Origin: Opitutales bacterium
Lineage (GTDB): Bacteria > Verrucomicrobiota > Verrucomicrobiia > Opitutales > UBA953
DNA: 64,000 nt
NCBI GenBank assembly: GCA_024697185.1
Contig: JAILGB010000025.1
Location: 611-64,610 of the forward strand
Direction: 5' to 3'
Shown here piece after piece: positions 27,348-36,437 of this stretch. The notes below the pieces were generated by a model. The model worked only from the letters and a program-made list of their open reading frames with translations, searched no databases and was not told the DNA's origin. The position numbers and the translations under genes are program-made. Positions within the stretch are counted from its first letter, which is position 1. Each line of letters starts with the position of its first letter.

Positions 27348-28724
27348 TTAAGACGGGAACGCGATTCCGGCACGCTTTTGTTTTTGCAACTGCGAAATCC
27401 AGCGTCCCGTAAAAAATATCGACAGCACAAAAAGAGCGCCCGCAAGCCCCAGCCAAATGCCGTTCCCGTCAAAACCGAGCGGGAACGCCAGGAACAGGCC
27501 GAATCCGACTGCAAGCGGCCAATAGGCGACAAAAGTTGCATACGAGATGATTTTTACATCGCCCATGCCGCGCATCACTCCGGACGAAACGCATTGGAAT
27601 CCGTCAAACAATGATGAGAAGCCTGAAATCATCAGAAACCCGGCGGCGAGTTGTGTTCCTTCGGGCGTCAGATTAAAGACGGCGGCGATTTCCCGACAAA
27701 AAAGAATGACGGCACTCCCGTTAAGAATCATCAACACAAATGTCAATGCGAGCAGGCCGGCGGCAATATTGAAGATCTTTTGCAATTGCCGCGCGCCAAA
27801 GGCTTCGCCGACTCTGATGGACATCGCCTGTGCAAGACCGGCTGGCACCATATAGACAAAACTGACAATCGTGATGGCTATCGCGTTGGCAGCAATCGAA
27901 GACTCTCCGATCCAACCCATAAAAAAGGGCGAAAGCATAAAAAATCCGCCTTCAAAAATACCCTGGGCAGAACAGGGAACTCCGAATTTTAAAATCCGGA
28001 ACGTCTCTTTGAAATTGAATTTTTCCCTCAACCGCAAAGAAAAATCCCCATGAAAAACGATCCCCGCCAAAGAAATCGTCCGCGAAATCAGCGTTCCCGC
28101 CGCCGCGCCGTTCAAACCCATTTCCGGAAAAAACAACGCTCCCGTCATCAAGACATAGTTAAAAAAGATGTTGAGAGCGATCCCGATCAAAGTCCAAAAC
28201 ATCCCGCGCCACTGTTTTTTTGTCGCGTCCCGATAGGATTTTACCGCGACAAAAACCGTTCCCGCCGGCAAAGAAAGCGCCAAAATCAGCGTGTAGCTTT
28301 CGGCGATTGCCGACACTTCGTGAGGCTGGCCCAGTTTGTCAAAGAGTGAGGCGTGGACAAACAAAAACAACAAGGCGACGAAAAAGCAGCTGGCGACGAT
28401 TTGCACCAGCAGCGAATGCCTCAAAATGCTCGCCTCACCGGCGGCGACACGTTCCCGTGCGGCGACAAAATCGTGCCGCATCGATTCTCTGCCGCGCAAC
28501 TGCGCAACAAAAACGGGCAGCCCCATCGAAAGCCCGATACAAATCATCATCGGCAGCCAAAAAAGGCTGTTGGCGAGAGTCGCGCTAGCCAAAGCGCGTT
28601 CCCCCAAAAGTTGTCCGATCATAAAAGTATCGACAAGCATAAAAAGCCCCTGTCCAAGGAAACCGACAATAATCGGGAACGCAAGAACGATAGTGGTCTT
28701 TAACTCTTTTAAAAAAAGATTCAC
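27348..28724 (-). CDS. MATE-family efflux transporter
   Basis: 12-TM protein with a MATE-like N-terminus (ELKTTIVLAFPIIVGFLGQGLFMLVDTFMIGQL) and an internal duplication. Confidence 0.8.
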   Translation of the reverse strand: MNLFLKELKTTIVLAFPIIVGFLGQGLFMLVDTFMIGQLLGERALASATLANSLFWLPMMICIGLSMGLPVFVAQLRGRESMRHDFVAARERVAAGEASILRHSLLVQIVASCFFVALLFLFVHASLFDKLGQPHEVSAIAESYTLILALSLPAGTVFVAVKSYRDATKKQWRGMFWTLIGIALNIFFNYVLMTGALFFPEMGLNGAAAGTLISRTISLAGIVFHGDFSLRLREKFNFKETFRILKFGVPCSAQGIFEGGFFMLSPFFMGWIGESSIAANAIAITIVSFVYMVPAGLAQAMSIRVGEAFGARQLQKIFNIAAGLLALTFVLMILNGSAVILFCREIAAVFNLTPEGTQLAAGFLMISGFSSLFDGFQCVSSGVMRGMGDVKIISYATFVAYWPLAVGFGLFLAFPLGFDGNGIWLGLAGALFVLSIFFTGRWISQLQKQKRAGIAFPS

Positions 28725-28769
28725 GGGAACGTTAAATTATTTTTTGCAGGACTGCCCGCTTAAAATCGA

Positions 28770-28838
28770 GTCGCGGGAACGCCGGGCCTGTCATAAAACT
28801 ATCTCAAACTAATAAAACCGAACCGGCGTTCCCGCGAC
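28770..28838. repeat. 16-bp perfect inverted repeat containing the genome word, downstream of dnaA
   Basis: GTCGCGGGAACGCCGG (28770-28785) / CCGGCGTTCCCGCGAC (28823-28838) with a 37-nt spacer. Possible dnaA terminator. Confidence 0.6.
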
Positions 28839-28857
28839 AAAAAATTTATTTTGAAGA

Positions 28858-30243
28858 TTAATGCCTTAAAAGAGTGCGCAATTTTTCGAGTTCTTTGCGC
28901 CGCTCCGCGTCTGTTTCGACAGTGTCCCTCACTTTTTTTCGAGCGTTGATGACGGTGCCGTGATCGCGCCCGCCAAAAGCTTGTCCGACTGCAGTCTGAG
29001 TGCTTTTGGTAAGCTCCAGACAAAGGAACATCGCCACTTGTCGGGCGTAGGCGATACTGGCGGTGCGGGACTTGCCGCAGAGATCGCCGATTTCAAGTTT
29101 GTAAAATTTCGCAACTTCATCCTGAACAGTTTTAATGCTGATGGAGGAGGTCGAGTCGGAAGAGACAAAACTGCCGAGCACTTCTTCAAGTTGCGCCTGA
29201 TTCAAAGTGTTAACTTTGCGAAAACGGACATAATTGATCAGCGTATTCAAAGCGCCTTCAAGATTGCGAACATTGCGAGTAATCTTTTGAGTGATAAAAT
29301 CGAAGGCTTCCTTGAAATTGGGGAAGAAACTGAAGTTCCGCCGTTGCGCCTTATCTTTCAAAATCGCCGCACGAACAACTTCGCGGGGCGGGTGGATGTC
29401 CGCGGTGATGCCTTGTTTGAAGCGCGAAATCAAACGATCGTCCAAAACCATCGCGGAGGCTTCCCTGTCGCAAGTCAGGACAATTTTGCAACCTCTCATG
29501 CAAAGCGTGTTAAAGGTATGGAAGAACTCCTCCATTGTCTGCTCCTTGCCGGCGATAAACTGAATATCGTCAACAAGCAAAAGGTTGAGCGTGCGGTATC
29601 GATCGCGAAATTCGTTCGTTTTGCGCTCGGCGAGACTGTTAATATAATCGTTGGTAAAAGATTCTCCGGAAACATAAAGAATGCGAACTCCAGCATATTT
29701 TTTATAAGCGGCGTTGGCAATCGCATGCAGCAAGTGGGTCTTGCCGATCCCTGAGGGACCGTAGATAAAAAGCGGATTGCTGCTCTGGCGGTCATAAAGC
29801 TCCTCGACAATCGACTTTGCCGCGGCGCAAGCCAATTCGTTTTCCTGGCCTTCGATAAAAGTTTCAAAGGTGTTGTCCGGATTAATCGATGTCGGCAAAG
29901 AAGGTTTTTCATCCTCCTTCAAAATCGGTTTTTTTCCAGAAGACTTTTTGGGCACTTCAGGCCAGGCTGCCGGTTTTTCCTCTTCCGAATCGCCACATTC
30001 TTCAAACTTCAAATTGATCGTGGAATCCCCCAAGACGGAAACAAACGCGTCTTTTAAAATTTCCAGACCGCCATTATTGTCAATCCAAACCGACTGGAAA
30101 TAAGAAACCTTAAAAGTATAGGTGCGGGATTCGGAATCATAGGAGTCAATCTTAAAATCACGAAGAATATTGCAAAGATAATTGCACCCTCTCGAAGAAA
30201 GATTGTCCAAAACACTTAGCCAAATGGATGATAAATCGTTCAT
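28858..30243 (-). CDS. dnaA: chromosomal replication initiator protein DnaA
   Basis: AAA+ motifs LFIYGPSGIGKTHLLHAI and LLVDDIQF. C-terminal DnaA-box-binding HTH (QVAMFLCLELTKSTQTAVGQAFGGRDHGTVINA). Confidence 0.95.
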   Translation of the reverse strand: MNDLSSIWLSVLDNLSSRGCNYLCNILRDFKIDSYDSESRTYTFKVSYFQSVWIDNNGGLEILKDAFVSVLGDSTINLKFEECGDSEEEKPAAWPEVPKKSSGKKPILKEDEKPSLPTSINPDNTFETFIEGQENELACAAAKSIVEELYDRQSSNPLFIYGPSGIGKTHLLHAIANAAYKKYAGVRILYVSGESFTNDYINSLAERKTNEFRDRYRTLNLLLVDDIQFIAGKEQTMEEFFHTFNTLCMRGCKIVLTCDREASAMVLDDRLISRFKQGITADIHPPREVVRAAILKDKAQRRNFSFFPNFKEAFDFITQKITRNVRNLEGALNTLINYVRFRKVNTLNQAQLEEVLGSFVSSDSTSSISIKTVQDEVAKFYKLEIGDLCGKSRTASIAYARQVAMFLCLELTKSTQTAVGQAFGGRDHGTVINARKKVRDTVETDAERRKELEKLRTLLRH

Positions 30244-31115
30244 TTTTCTTCACAAACAATGATGTTTATTCACAAAAACGCTTATTTCGGTTAACAACCT
30301 CGTCTTATTTTGTCGCAAAAGCAGGATTTACCGAAAAAAATCCGCAAACAGATTCTGCAAGACAGGCAGTTGCGCCTCTTTCTCGTGACAAATTAGCCGA
30401 AACAGCGATAAATAAAGGGTTTTCAAAGTTTTTTTTCATTTTAAAAAAGATATATTTCTATGAGCGCAAAATAGTTCACGCTGAGGTTTCACTCTACAAA
30501 CAAGTCTAATTTTAGCCCCTAAATCCCTCAATAAATTTTTATGAACACATTATTCACAAAAAAAAGTGAATAAAACACCCTCCTTTGATTTAAATTTCCA
30601 AAAAAATAAAACTTTTAGAGGGAAATGGGACATTTTTTACATAAAATTTTATTTATTTCTTTATTATTATAAAAAATCAAATCAAAAAACCTTATTCTTT
30701 TCAAAAAATAATAAAGACGAAAAAACAAGACATTCCTTTTTAGTTGAATATTTTTCTTTTTTTAGTCAAATCGAGTTTTTTCGAGCTTTGAAATCTTAAT
30801 CTTAGCCCTTAAAAATGCCGTTCCCGTCTCGATTTAGCAGATGTTTTTCTCAAATTTTCGGAATCCAGAATTCCATCCCCTTAAAATAGCTGTATTTTTT
30901 TTACATTCCCGATAAAAATCCAAAAGAAGCACCTGATTGTCGTTCCCGATAATTTTGACATAAGACGGGAATTTTATGGAACTTTTTATTTCGTAATATT
31001 ATTTTTTTACAAAATAATCATCGCAACAGAAGATCGTTGTTCCTTCCGGTCAAGTTTTTACGGGTGAGGGTGGGTATTTCGTTTTTTCTCAAAATATTTT
31101 TCTATCACAACATAT
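30244..31115. other. putative chromosomal replication origin (oriC): DnaA boxes plus an AT-rich unwinding region
   Basis: Immediately upstream of dnaA. TTATTCACA at 30266-30274 and 30550-30558. Inverted near-box AGTGAATAA at 30565-30573. Weaker TTCTTCACA at 30246-30254. Extremely AT-rich tract at about 30600-30790. No credible ORF. Confidence 0.6.
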
Positions 31116-31156
31116 AAAAAAGCGTTCCCGTGGGAATAATCACGGGAACGCTTTTT
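31116..31156. terminator. bidirectional terminator built from an inverted pair of the genome word
   Basis: AAAAAGCGTTCCCGTG (31116-31132 region) / CACGGGAACGCTTTTT (31141-31156) with an 8-nt loop. Lies 20 nt after the stop of the 31176-32102 gene. Confidence 0.75.
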
Positions 31157-31175
31157 ATTGTATTAAAGCGATGGA

Positions 31176-32102
31176 TTAAAAATCGTCGTCGAAGAAATCA
31201 TCGTCTTCGTCGCTTGCGTCGCTGCTGTCGCCACCTTCCTCTTCGCTATCTCCGCTATCGTCGGAGTCGTCGCTTGAAGAAGAGTCGCTGTCGGACAATG
31301 AAGAAGCCAAGCTGGGTTTCTCCGTCATTTGGGCGATATAGGCTTTTTTGAAATTGGTGCGCGATGCGTGGATTTTAAATGTTTGATTTTTGTTGTTAGC
31401 GTTGCGCACCGTCAACAGCCCGCTGTCGGTCATATCAAGGATGAAAACCTTTGTATTTTTGGGGATTGTCGTTTCTCCGACCTTTTTCCCGTTATTATCC
31501 AAAATGTTGATCTTTGTTCCCGCCTTTGTAATTTTAATGCTTGTCGGCCACGTTGTTTTTTTGTGGCGGATACTGGCGTAATTGATAGTTATTTTCTTTT
31601 TCTTTTCGGGAACGGCTTCCGGCGCGGGCTCATCGCTTGCCGCCTCGTCGGCACCGTCGCTATCAGTGTCGGTGTCGTCGGAGCTCGAATCGTCACCGGC
31701 TTCGTCGGAACTGTCTTGATCGTCAGCGGAGGGACTTGCATCGTCGCTATCGGTGCTTTCTTCTGCCGCGGCGGCATCAGCCTTTTGCTTTTCGGCCTCT
31801 GCGGCTGCGCGTTCCTGCTGACGACGTGCTTCTTCCTCTTTTTTCACCTGTTCGATTGCTGCGGCAATCTCATCTTGGGAAGCGGCGCGTTTTTTGGCTT
31901 CCGCTTCTTTTTTAGCTTTAGCTTCCTGTTCCGCCTTGCCGTCCTCCACCTTTGAAAGGAGGATATTGGCGAGATCTGTTTTGATCCAGCCGCGCTGTTC
32001 GCAGAGCAGGTAGGCCATAAAAATAAGAATCGCCAGAAATACGCCGATGACGATTTTTAAAAGGGTGCTAAAAAAACCACCGTTATTTTTTTCGTTAGAC
32101 AT
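31176..32102 (-). CDS. membrane-anchored hypothetical protein with charged coiled-coil, poly-acidic tracts and a small beta-rich domain
   Basis: ATG at 32102 (MSNEKNNGGFF). One TM (LLKIVIGVFLAILIFMAYLL). KAEQEAKAKKEAEAKK coiled segment, D/S/E-rich tracts, and C-terminal DDDFFDDDF. Confidence 0.5.
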   Translation of the reverse strand: MSNEKNNGGFFSTLLKIVIGVFLAILIFMAYLLCEQRGWIKTDLANILLSKVEDGKAEQEAKAKKEAEAKKRAASQDEIAAAIEQVKKEEEARRQQERAAAEAEKQKADAAAAEESTDSDDASPSADDQDSSDEAGDDSSSDDTDTDSDGADEAASDEPAPEAVPEKKKKITINYASIRHKKTTWPTSIKITKAGTKINILDNNGKKVGETTIPKNTKVFILDMTDSGLLTVRNANNKNQTFKIHASRTNFKKAYIAQMTEKPSLASSLSDSDSSSSDDSDDSGDSEEEGGDSSDASDEDDDFFDDDF

Positions 32103-32140
32103 TTTATATTTTGTTTTAGAAGTTAATGTTAAAAAATTTA

Positions 32141-33076
32141 TCAAATCCAATCGAGACCGATATCAATCCACGGGACATTGTGGGTAAGGGCTCCGCAGGA
32201 AACAAAATCCGCGCCGACCGTGCCCAAGAGGGGAAGAGACTCGAGAGTGACACCGCCGCTGATTTCCGTCCAGGCTTCGTCCCCGATCATTGCGACAGCC
32301 GTCTTGAGGTCGTCAATTGAAAAATTGTCAAGCAGGATAATATCCGCTCCCGCTTTTAAAACCGGTGGGATCTGCTCGAGAGAATCGACCTCGACTTCGC
32401 AAAGCAAATCCGGACGCAGATTTTTTGACTGGCGGACGAGGGCTTCGAGGGCCGTTCCCGCTCCGGCATTGTCTGCTGCGAGATGATTGTCCTTGAGCAT
32501 CAAGCGATCAAAAAGCCCGATGCGATGATTCCAGGCACCGCCGCAACCGACAGCGTATTTGTCCAAAACGCGATGTCCGGGCGTGGTTTTGCGAGTATCC
32601 AGCAAATGTGTGTGTTGCGAATTGAGCGCATCGACATACTTGGATGTAATCGTCGCGATCCCGCTCATCCGTTGCAAAAAGTTGAGCATGATCCGCTCCG
32701 CCATCAGCATTTCCGTCGCAGAGCCTTCGATCGTCGCGACAACCGTCTTGGCGGGAACGCGATCGCCGTCTTTTGCCAGAACTGTCACTTTGACGTTCCC
32801 GCCATAGACGGCAAGAATGTCTTCAAGCATATAAAGTCCTGAGAGAGTGCAGGCTTTTCTGGCAACAAAATTGGCTTTTGCCGTCGTGGCGGGCGGCGCG
32901 GAAACCTCCGTCGTTGCATCGCCCGCTTTTTGCGGTTTCATCGCATCGACCAATCCCGTTCCCGCGATATCCTCATCGCGAGCGAGCGTTATAATCGTCT
33001 TCAAATAAAGCGGATCAATCTCCTTCCAATCCAATCGATGGCAGAGACCCGGTGCTTCCTGTAAGCTCTTTTTCAT
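32141..33076 (-). CDS. nadC: nicotinate-nucleotide diphosphorylase (carboxylating)
   Basis: LDTRKTTPGHR, MLKDNH and GADIILLDN motifs of QPRTase. Confidence 0.9.
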   Translation of the reverse strand: MKKSLQEAPGLCHRLDWKEIDPLYLKTIITLARDEDIAGTGLVDAMKPQKAGDATTEVSAPPATTAKANFVARKACTLSGLYMLEDILAVYGGNVKVTVLAKDGDRVPAKTVVATIEGSATEMLMAERIMLNFLQRMSGIATITSKYVDALNSQHTHLLDTRKTTPGHRVLDKYAVGCGGAWNHRIGLFDRLMLKDNHLAADNAGAGTALEALVRQSKNLRPDLLCEVEVDSLEQIPPVLKAGADIILLDNFSIDDLKTAVAMIGDEAWTEISGGVTLESLPLLGTVGADFVSCGALTHNVPWIDIGLDWI

Positions 33077-33112
33077 AGGGATATTATAAAAAATCTTTTT
33101 GATTTTCTCAAT

Positions 33113-34384
33113 TTAATTGCTCCGGAGCGCCTTCGTGCGCTGTTCGAGCGTCGGATGAGAATAATAAAAGTTCACATAAAAAGGATGCGGCGTGAGGTTG
33201 GAGAGGTTTTCCTTGTTCAGCTTTCTGAGGCCGGAGACCAAAGCTTCGCCGTTACCGAGAAGTTGTTTGGCGTATGCATCCGCCTCATACTCGTGCTTGC
33301 GCGAGAGAAAGGCGGAAAGCGGCGAAATCCAAAAAGCGATGAGCGATGCGAATTCACTGACGAGGAAAAACGCGGGAACGATCATCAGATTTTGGCGATA
33401 CTCGAAACCGAAGGCCTCAAAAAACGCCGGCCATCGCAATATCGCTGCCACGAGTCCGAATGCCAAAAATCCCAAAAAGAAAGAAAGGAAAAGGTGTTTT
33501 GTAATATGTCCCTTTTTAGAATGTCCGATTTCGTGGGCGAGCACCGCGCAAATTTCCTTCGGCTCCAGCTGTTTGATCAAGGTGTCAAAAAGGACGATGC
33601 GGCGCCATTTGCCAAATCCTGAAAAATAGGCATTGGAGTGTCCGCTGCGCTTGGAGCTGTCAATAACTTCGATTTTGTCGGCGACAAATCCGGCTTTCTC
33701 GGCGAGAGCGACAAGTTCCGTCTTAAGTTCGCCCTCGGGGAGCGGTGTCAGCTTATTAAAAAGTGGCAAAATCAGCTTGGGATAAAGCACCATCAAAAAG
33801 AGCTGAATCACAAAAAACGCGCATTGTGCAAAAATCCACCAAGTATCCGGGAACAAATGATAAAAACCGATTAACAGGGACGCCACGGGAACGCCGATTA
33901 TAAATTCCAAAGCCCATCCCTTAAGCTGGTCAAAAACCCAAAGACGCGGCGTTGTTTTGTTAAAGCCGTGTTTTTCCTCGATTTTGAACGTCTCGTAGAG
34001 ATCGAGCGGCAAATCGGTCAGGGACATCAAAAAAATCATCGCGACACAAATAACGCTTTCGCGCCAGGTCGCCGACCAGCCTGCCGTTCCCGCGTCCAAG
34101 CCGATCCATTGGCTGGCCCAGGCGTAGATGCAGGCATAGAGACCCAAAACCCAAAGCAATTCCCATACGACATCGTAAGGTTTTGTCAGCAGGGAAAATT
34201 TGGAGTTTTCGAGCGAGTAGGCTACGGATTTTTGATAGTCCTCCCATTTGACATGGTCCGCATATTTTGCGGGAACGGCGTCTTTATGGCGCAACATTTC
34301 CCGGCGATTGAGCCAGGACAAAGAAAGTTGCGCCGCCGTTTTCGCGCCCAAAAAAACGAGATAGGCGATAAGGATCAGGCTCAT
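33113..34384 (-). CDS. M48-family (Ste24/HtpX-like) zinc metalloprotease
   Basis: Multi-TM N-terminus, HEIGH (LAHEIGHSKKGH), and downstream EYEADAY and YYSHPTLEQR. Confidence 0.85.
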   Translation of the reverse strand: MSLILIAYLVFLGAKTAAQLSLSWLNRREMLRHKDAVPAKYADHVKWEDYQKSVAYSLENSKFSLLTKPYDVVWELLWVLGLYACIYAWASQWIGLDAGTAGWSATWRESVICVAMIFLMSLTDLPLDLYETFKIEEKHGFNKTTPRLWVFDQLKGWALEFIIGVPVASLLIGFYHLFPDTWWIFAQCAFFVIQLFLMVLYPKLILPLFNKLTPLPEGELKTELVALAEKAGFVADKIEVIDSSKRSGHSNAYFSGFGKWRRIVLFDTLIKQLEPKEICAVLAHEIGHSKKGHITKHLFLSFFLGFLAFGLVAAILRWPAFFEAFGFEYRQNLMIVPAFFLVSEFASLIAFWISPLSAFLSRKHEYEADAYAKQLLGNGEALVSGLRKLNKENLSNLTPHPFYVNFYYSHPTLEQRTKALRSN

Positions 34385-36426
34385 TGCTTTGCGATCAGCT
34401 CCTCGTTGTTTTTGCTTCCGCGAATATCGTTCAGCAAAGCTTCGAGCGCCTCTGCAACCGGCATTTCTTCCGTATTTTTGCGGATGCGGTTTTCCAACGC
34501 CAGTTCTTTTTCGCTCATCAAAAGCTCTTCGCGACGATTGGAAGTGTTGGCAATGTCGATTTGCGGGAACTCCGCCTTTTTGACCAGTGTCAACTTGGCG
34601 TTGCTCGTGCCGTCAAACTCTTCAAAGACGATTTCCTTGGCCTTGACCGGCGAATGGGTCGTAAGCGAGGCGATAATCGTAATCGAACCTCCGTTGCTAT
34701 AGTTGCAAGCGGCGCTAAAAAGATTTTTGGGCTTTGTAAGCGTCAAAATATCGATACTGCCGGAGACAAATTTCTGTCCGTTTGAACGCAAATTGTTGTA
34801 GGCTCGGGCAAGACGTGTCAGCGAATCGAGCAGAATGATCGTGTGTTTGCCGAGTTCGGCGCGACGGCGGGCGTGTTCGATCGTCATTTCGGCGATATGG
34901 ACGTGCGTCTCGTCCGGTTTGCTGTTGTCGGAGGCTACAATGGCAAATTTTTTCTCCTCTTTTCTGAACAGGGCGATGTCTTCGCGATGCGCGTCGATGA
35001 GCAATGTTGTGATTTCCGCATCGGCGGCATTTTCCGAAAGCGCTCTCGCGAGCGTTTTCATGATCGGCACCCTGTCAAATCCCTCCGGCGCGTTGATAAT
35101 CAGGCGCTGACCGTATCCGATAGGGCAAATCAGGTCGATAACTCTCATTGCCAGATTGCTTTTTTCGCTCAAGGTTTCCGATTCGAGACGAATACGGCGA
35201 TCCGGATAAACGGGCGTCAAAGAGGAGAAATCCGGCAATTCCGCGACTTTGACGGGATCGCATCCTTCGACTTCCAATATGCTTACAATCATCGGGGCCG
35301 TCTCACCGGGCATCGGCGGGAACGCGACACCCTTGACGCGATGACCGCGCTTCAAATTGTATTTTTTGATCAAAAGTGCGGGAACGAAGGCTGAAAATTC
35401 GACGCGTTCGTAATTTTCGCAAGCGTAGAGCAAAAGCCCGTTCCCGTTATATTCGAGTAAATCGAGCGTTCCCGTGATCAAAATCGGACGACGGGCGATA
35501 TAGGCTTCCCTAAGAATGTTCAAAATCAAATTGCTGCGGTTCAGGCTTTGGGTATTTTTAACATTTAACGCCTCCGCGAACTCTCTCAACTTTCCGGGAT
35601 GCAGACCGTAAAATTCCGCCAGCGCCAACGGTTCTGCGGGAACGTCATCGACAAGCTCTTCAACGATTTGTGTGATTTCGGCACGCGCAAACGGATCGTT
35701 AGGATTGGCGTTGGGCACTTCGCGACGCATGATTTTTTTGGTATGCGCGGCTCGTTGTGCCAACTTGCTCAAATATTCTTCGTTGTTGAGGTTGTTAAGG
35801 TCAAATTTTTCCCCCAGTTTGAGGGCGGGAATCTCTGTGGAATCCCGATTTGCCAGCTTTGTGTAATTGGGTGCGGTAACGGCAGGAGCTCCAAACCTCA
35901 AAGGTTTCTTAGCCGGTCCGCCCGAAGAAAAGCGCGGTGCCGTTCCCGCGGGAACGCCAGCCGGACGCATTTGCGGGCGAGGGGCAAAACGAGAAACTGT
36001 TTGGGAGGCGGAAGGCGCACGGAGCGCCCAAGCAGGCAATTTGCGCGGCTCGGGAACATTTTCAGGGCTGGGATAATGGAGCTCCGGCTTCAAGGTTTCC
36101 GCGGGAACGCCTTCTTGTCGCGGGCGCGGATTGAGGGCGCTCGCTTGCGGCTTTTCATCGGCAACGCTTTTATTTTCCAGAACGGGCGCTTTTTCTTCCA
36201 CGATTGTTTTTTTCATATTTTGAGAGGCGCTCATCGCCAGGCGGCGCGCGGCTTCGAGGAGCATTTCTGGCGACTCCGCCATACTCAGCTCGCTTTCGAG
36301 ATTTTCACAAATATTTTTTTCGTCGCAAAGCATCGCAGGATTTTCTTGGGCAGGGGTTTCCGCCACGATTTTACGGGGACGTCCGCGGCTGCGTTTGGGT
36401 TGTGGTGTCGGTGTTTCTTCTTCCAT
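34381..36426 (-). CDS. Rho transcription-termination-factor homologue with a long N-terminal extension and degenerate ATPase motifs
   Basis: Colinear with E. coli Rho from the RNA-binding OB domain to the C-terminus (IILLDSLTRLARAYN, GGSITIIAS, VFEEFDGTSN, FPQIDI). However, the P-loop reads APEGFDRV and DERPEE reads DAHRED. Overlaps the M48 start by 4 nt; coaE lies 11 nt upstream. Confidence 0.75.
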   Translation of the reverse strand: MEEETPTPQPKRSRGRPRKIVAETPAQENPAMLCDEKNICENLESELSMAESPEMLLEAARRLAMSASQNMKKTIVEEKAPVLENKSVADEKPQASALNPRPRQEGVPAETLKPELHYPSPENVPEPRKLPAWALRAPSASQTVSRFAPRPQMRPAGVPAGTAPRFSSGGPAKKPLRFGAPAVTAPNYTKLANRDSTEIPALKLGEKFDLNNLNNEEYLSKLAQRAAHTKKIMRREVPNANPNDPFARAEITQIVEELVDDVPAEPLALAEFYGLHPGKLREFAEALNVKNTQSLNRSNLILNILREAYIARRPILITGTLDLLEYNGNGLLLYACENYERVEFSAFVPALLIKKYNLKRGHRVKGVAFPPMPGETAPMIVSILEVEGCDPVKVAELPDFSSLTPVYPDRRIRLESETLSEKSNLAMRVIDLICPIGYGQRLIINAPEGFDRVPIMKTLARALSENAADAEITTLLIDAHREDIALFRKEEKKFAIVASDNSKPDETHVHIAEMTIEHARRRAELGKHTIILLDSLTRLARAYNNLRSNGQKFVSGSIDILTLTKPKNLFSAACNYSNGGSITIIASLTTHSPVKAKEIVFEEFDGTSNAKLTLVKKAEFPQIDIANTSNRREELLMSEKELALENRIRKNTEEMPVAEALEALLNDIRGSKNNEELIAKQ

Positions 36427-36437
36427 TTTTCTATTCC

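Noticed and set aside
31329-31955. A 208-aa + strand ORF and other ORFs overlapping the acidic-protein gene.
   Set aside because: These are an antisense artefact of the GA/TC-rich repetitive coding sequence. The minus-strand ORF has a TM anchor, a proper ATG 39 nt after nadC and a terminator.
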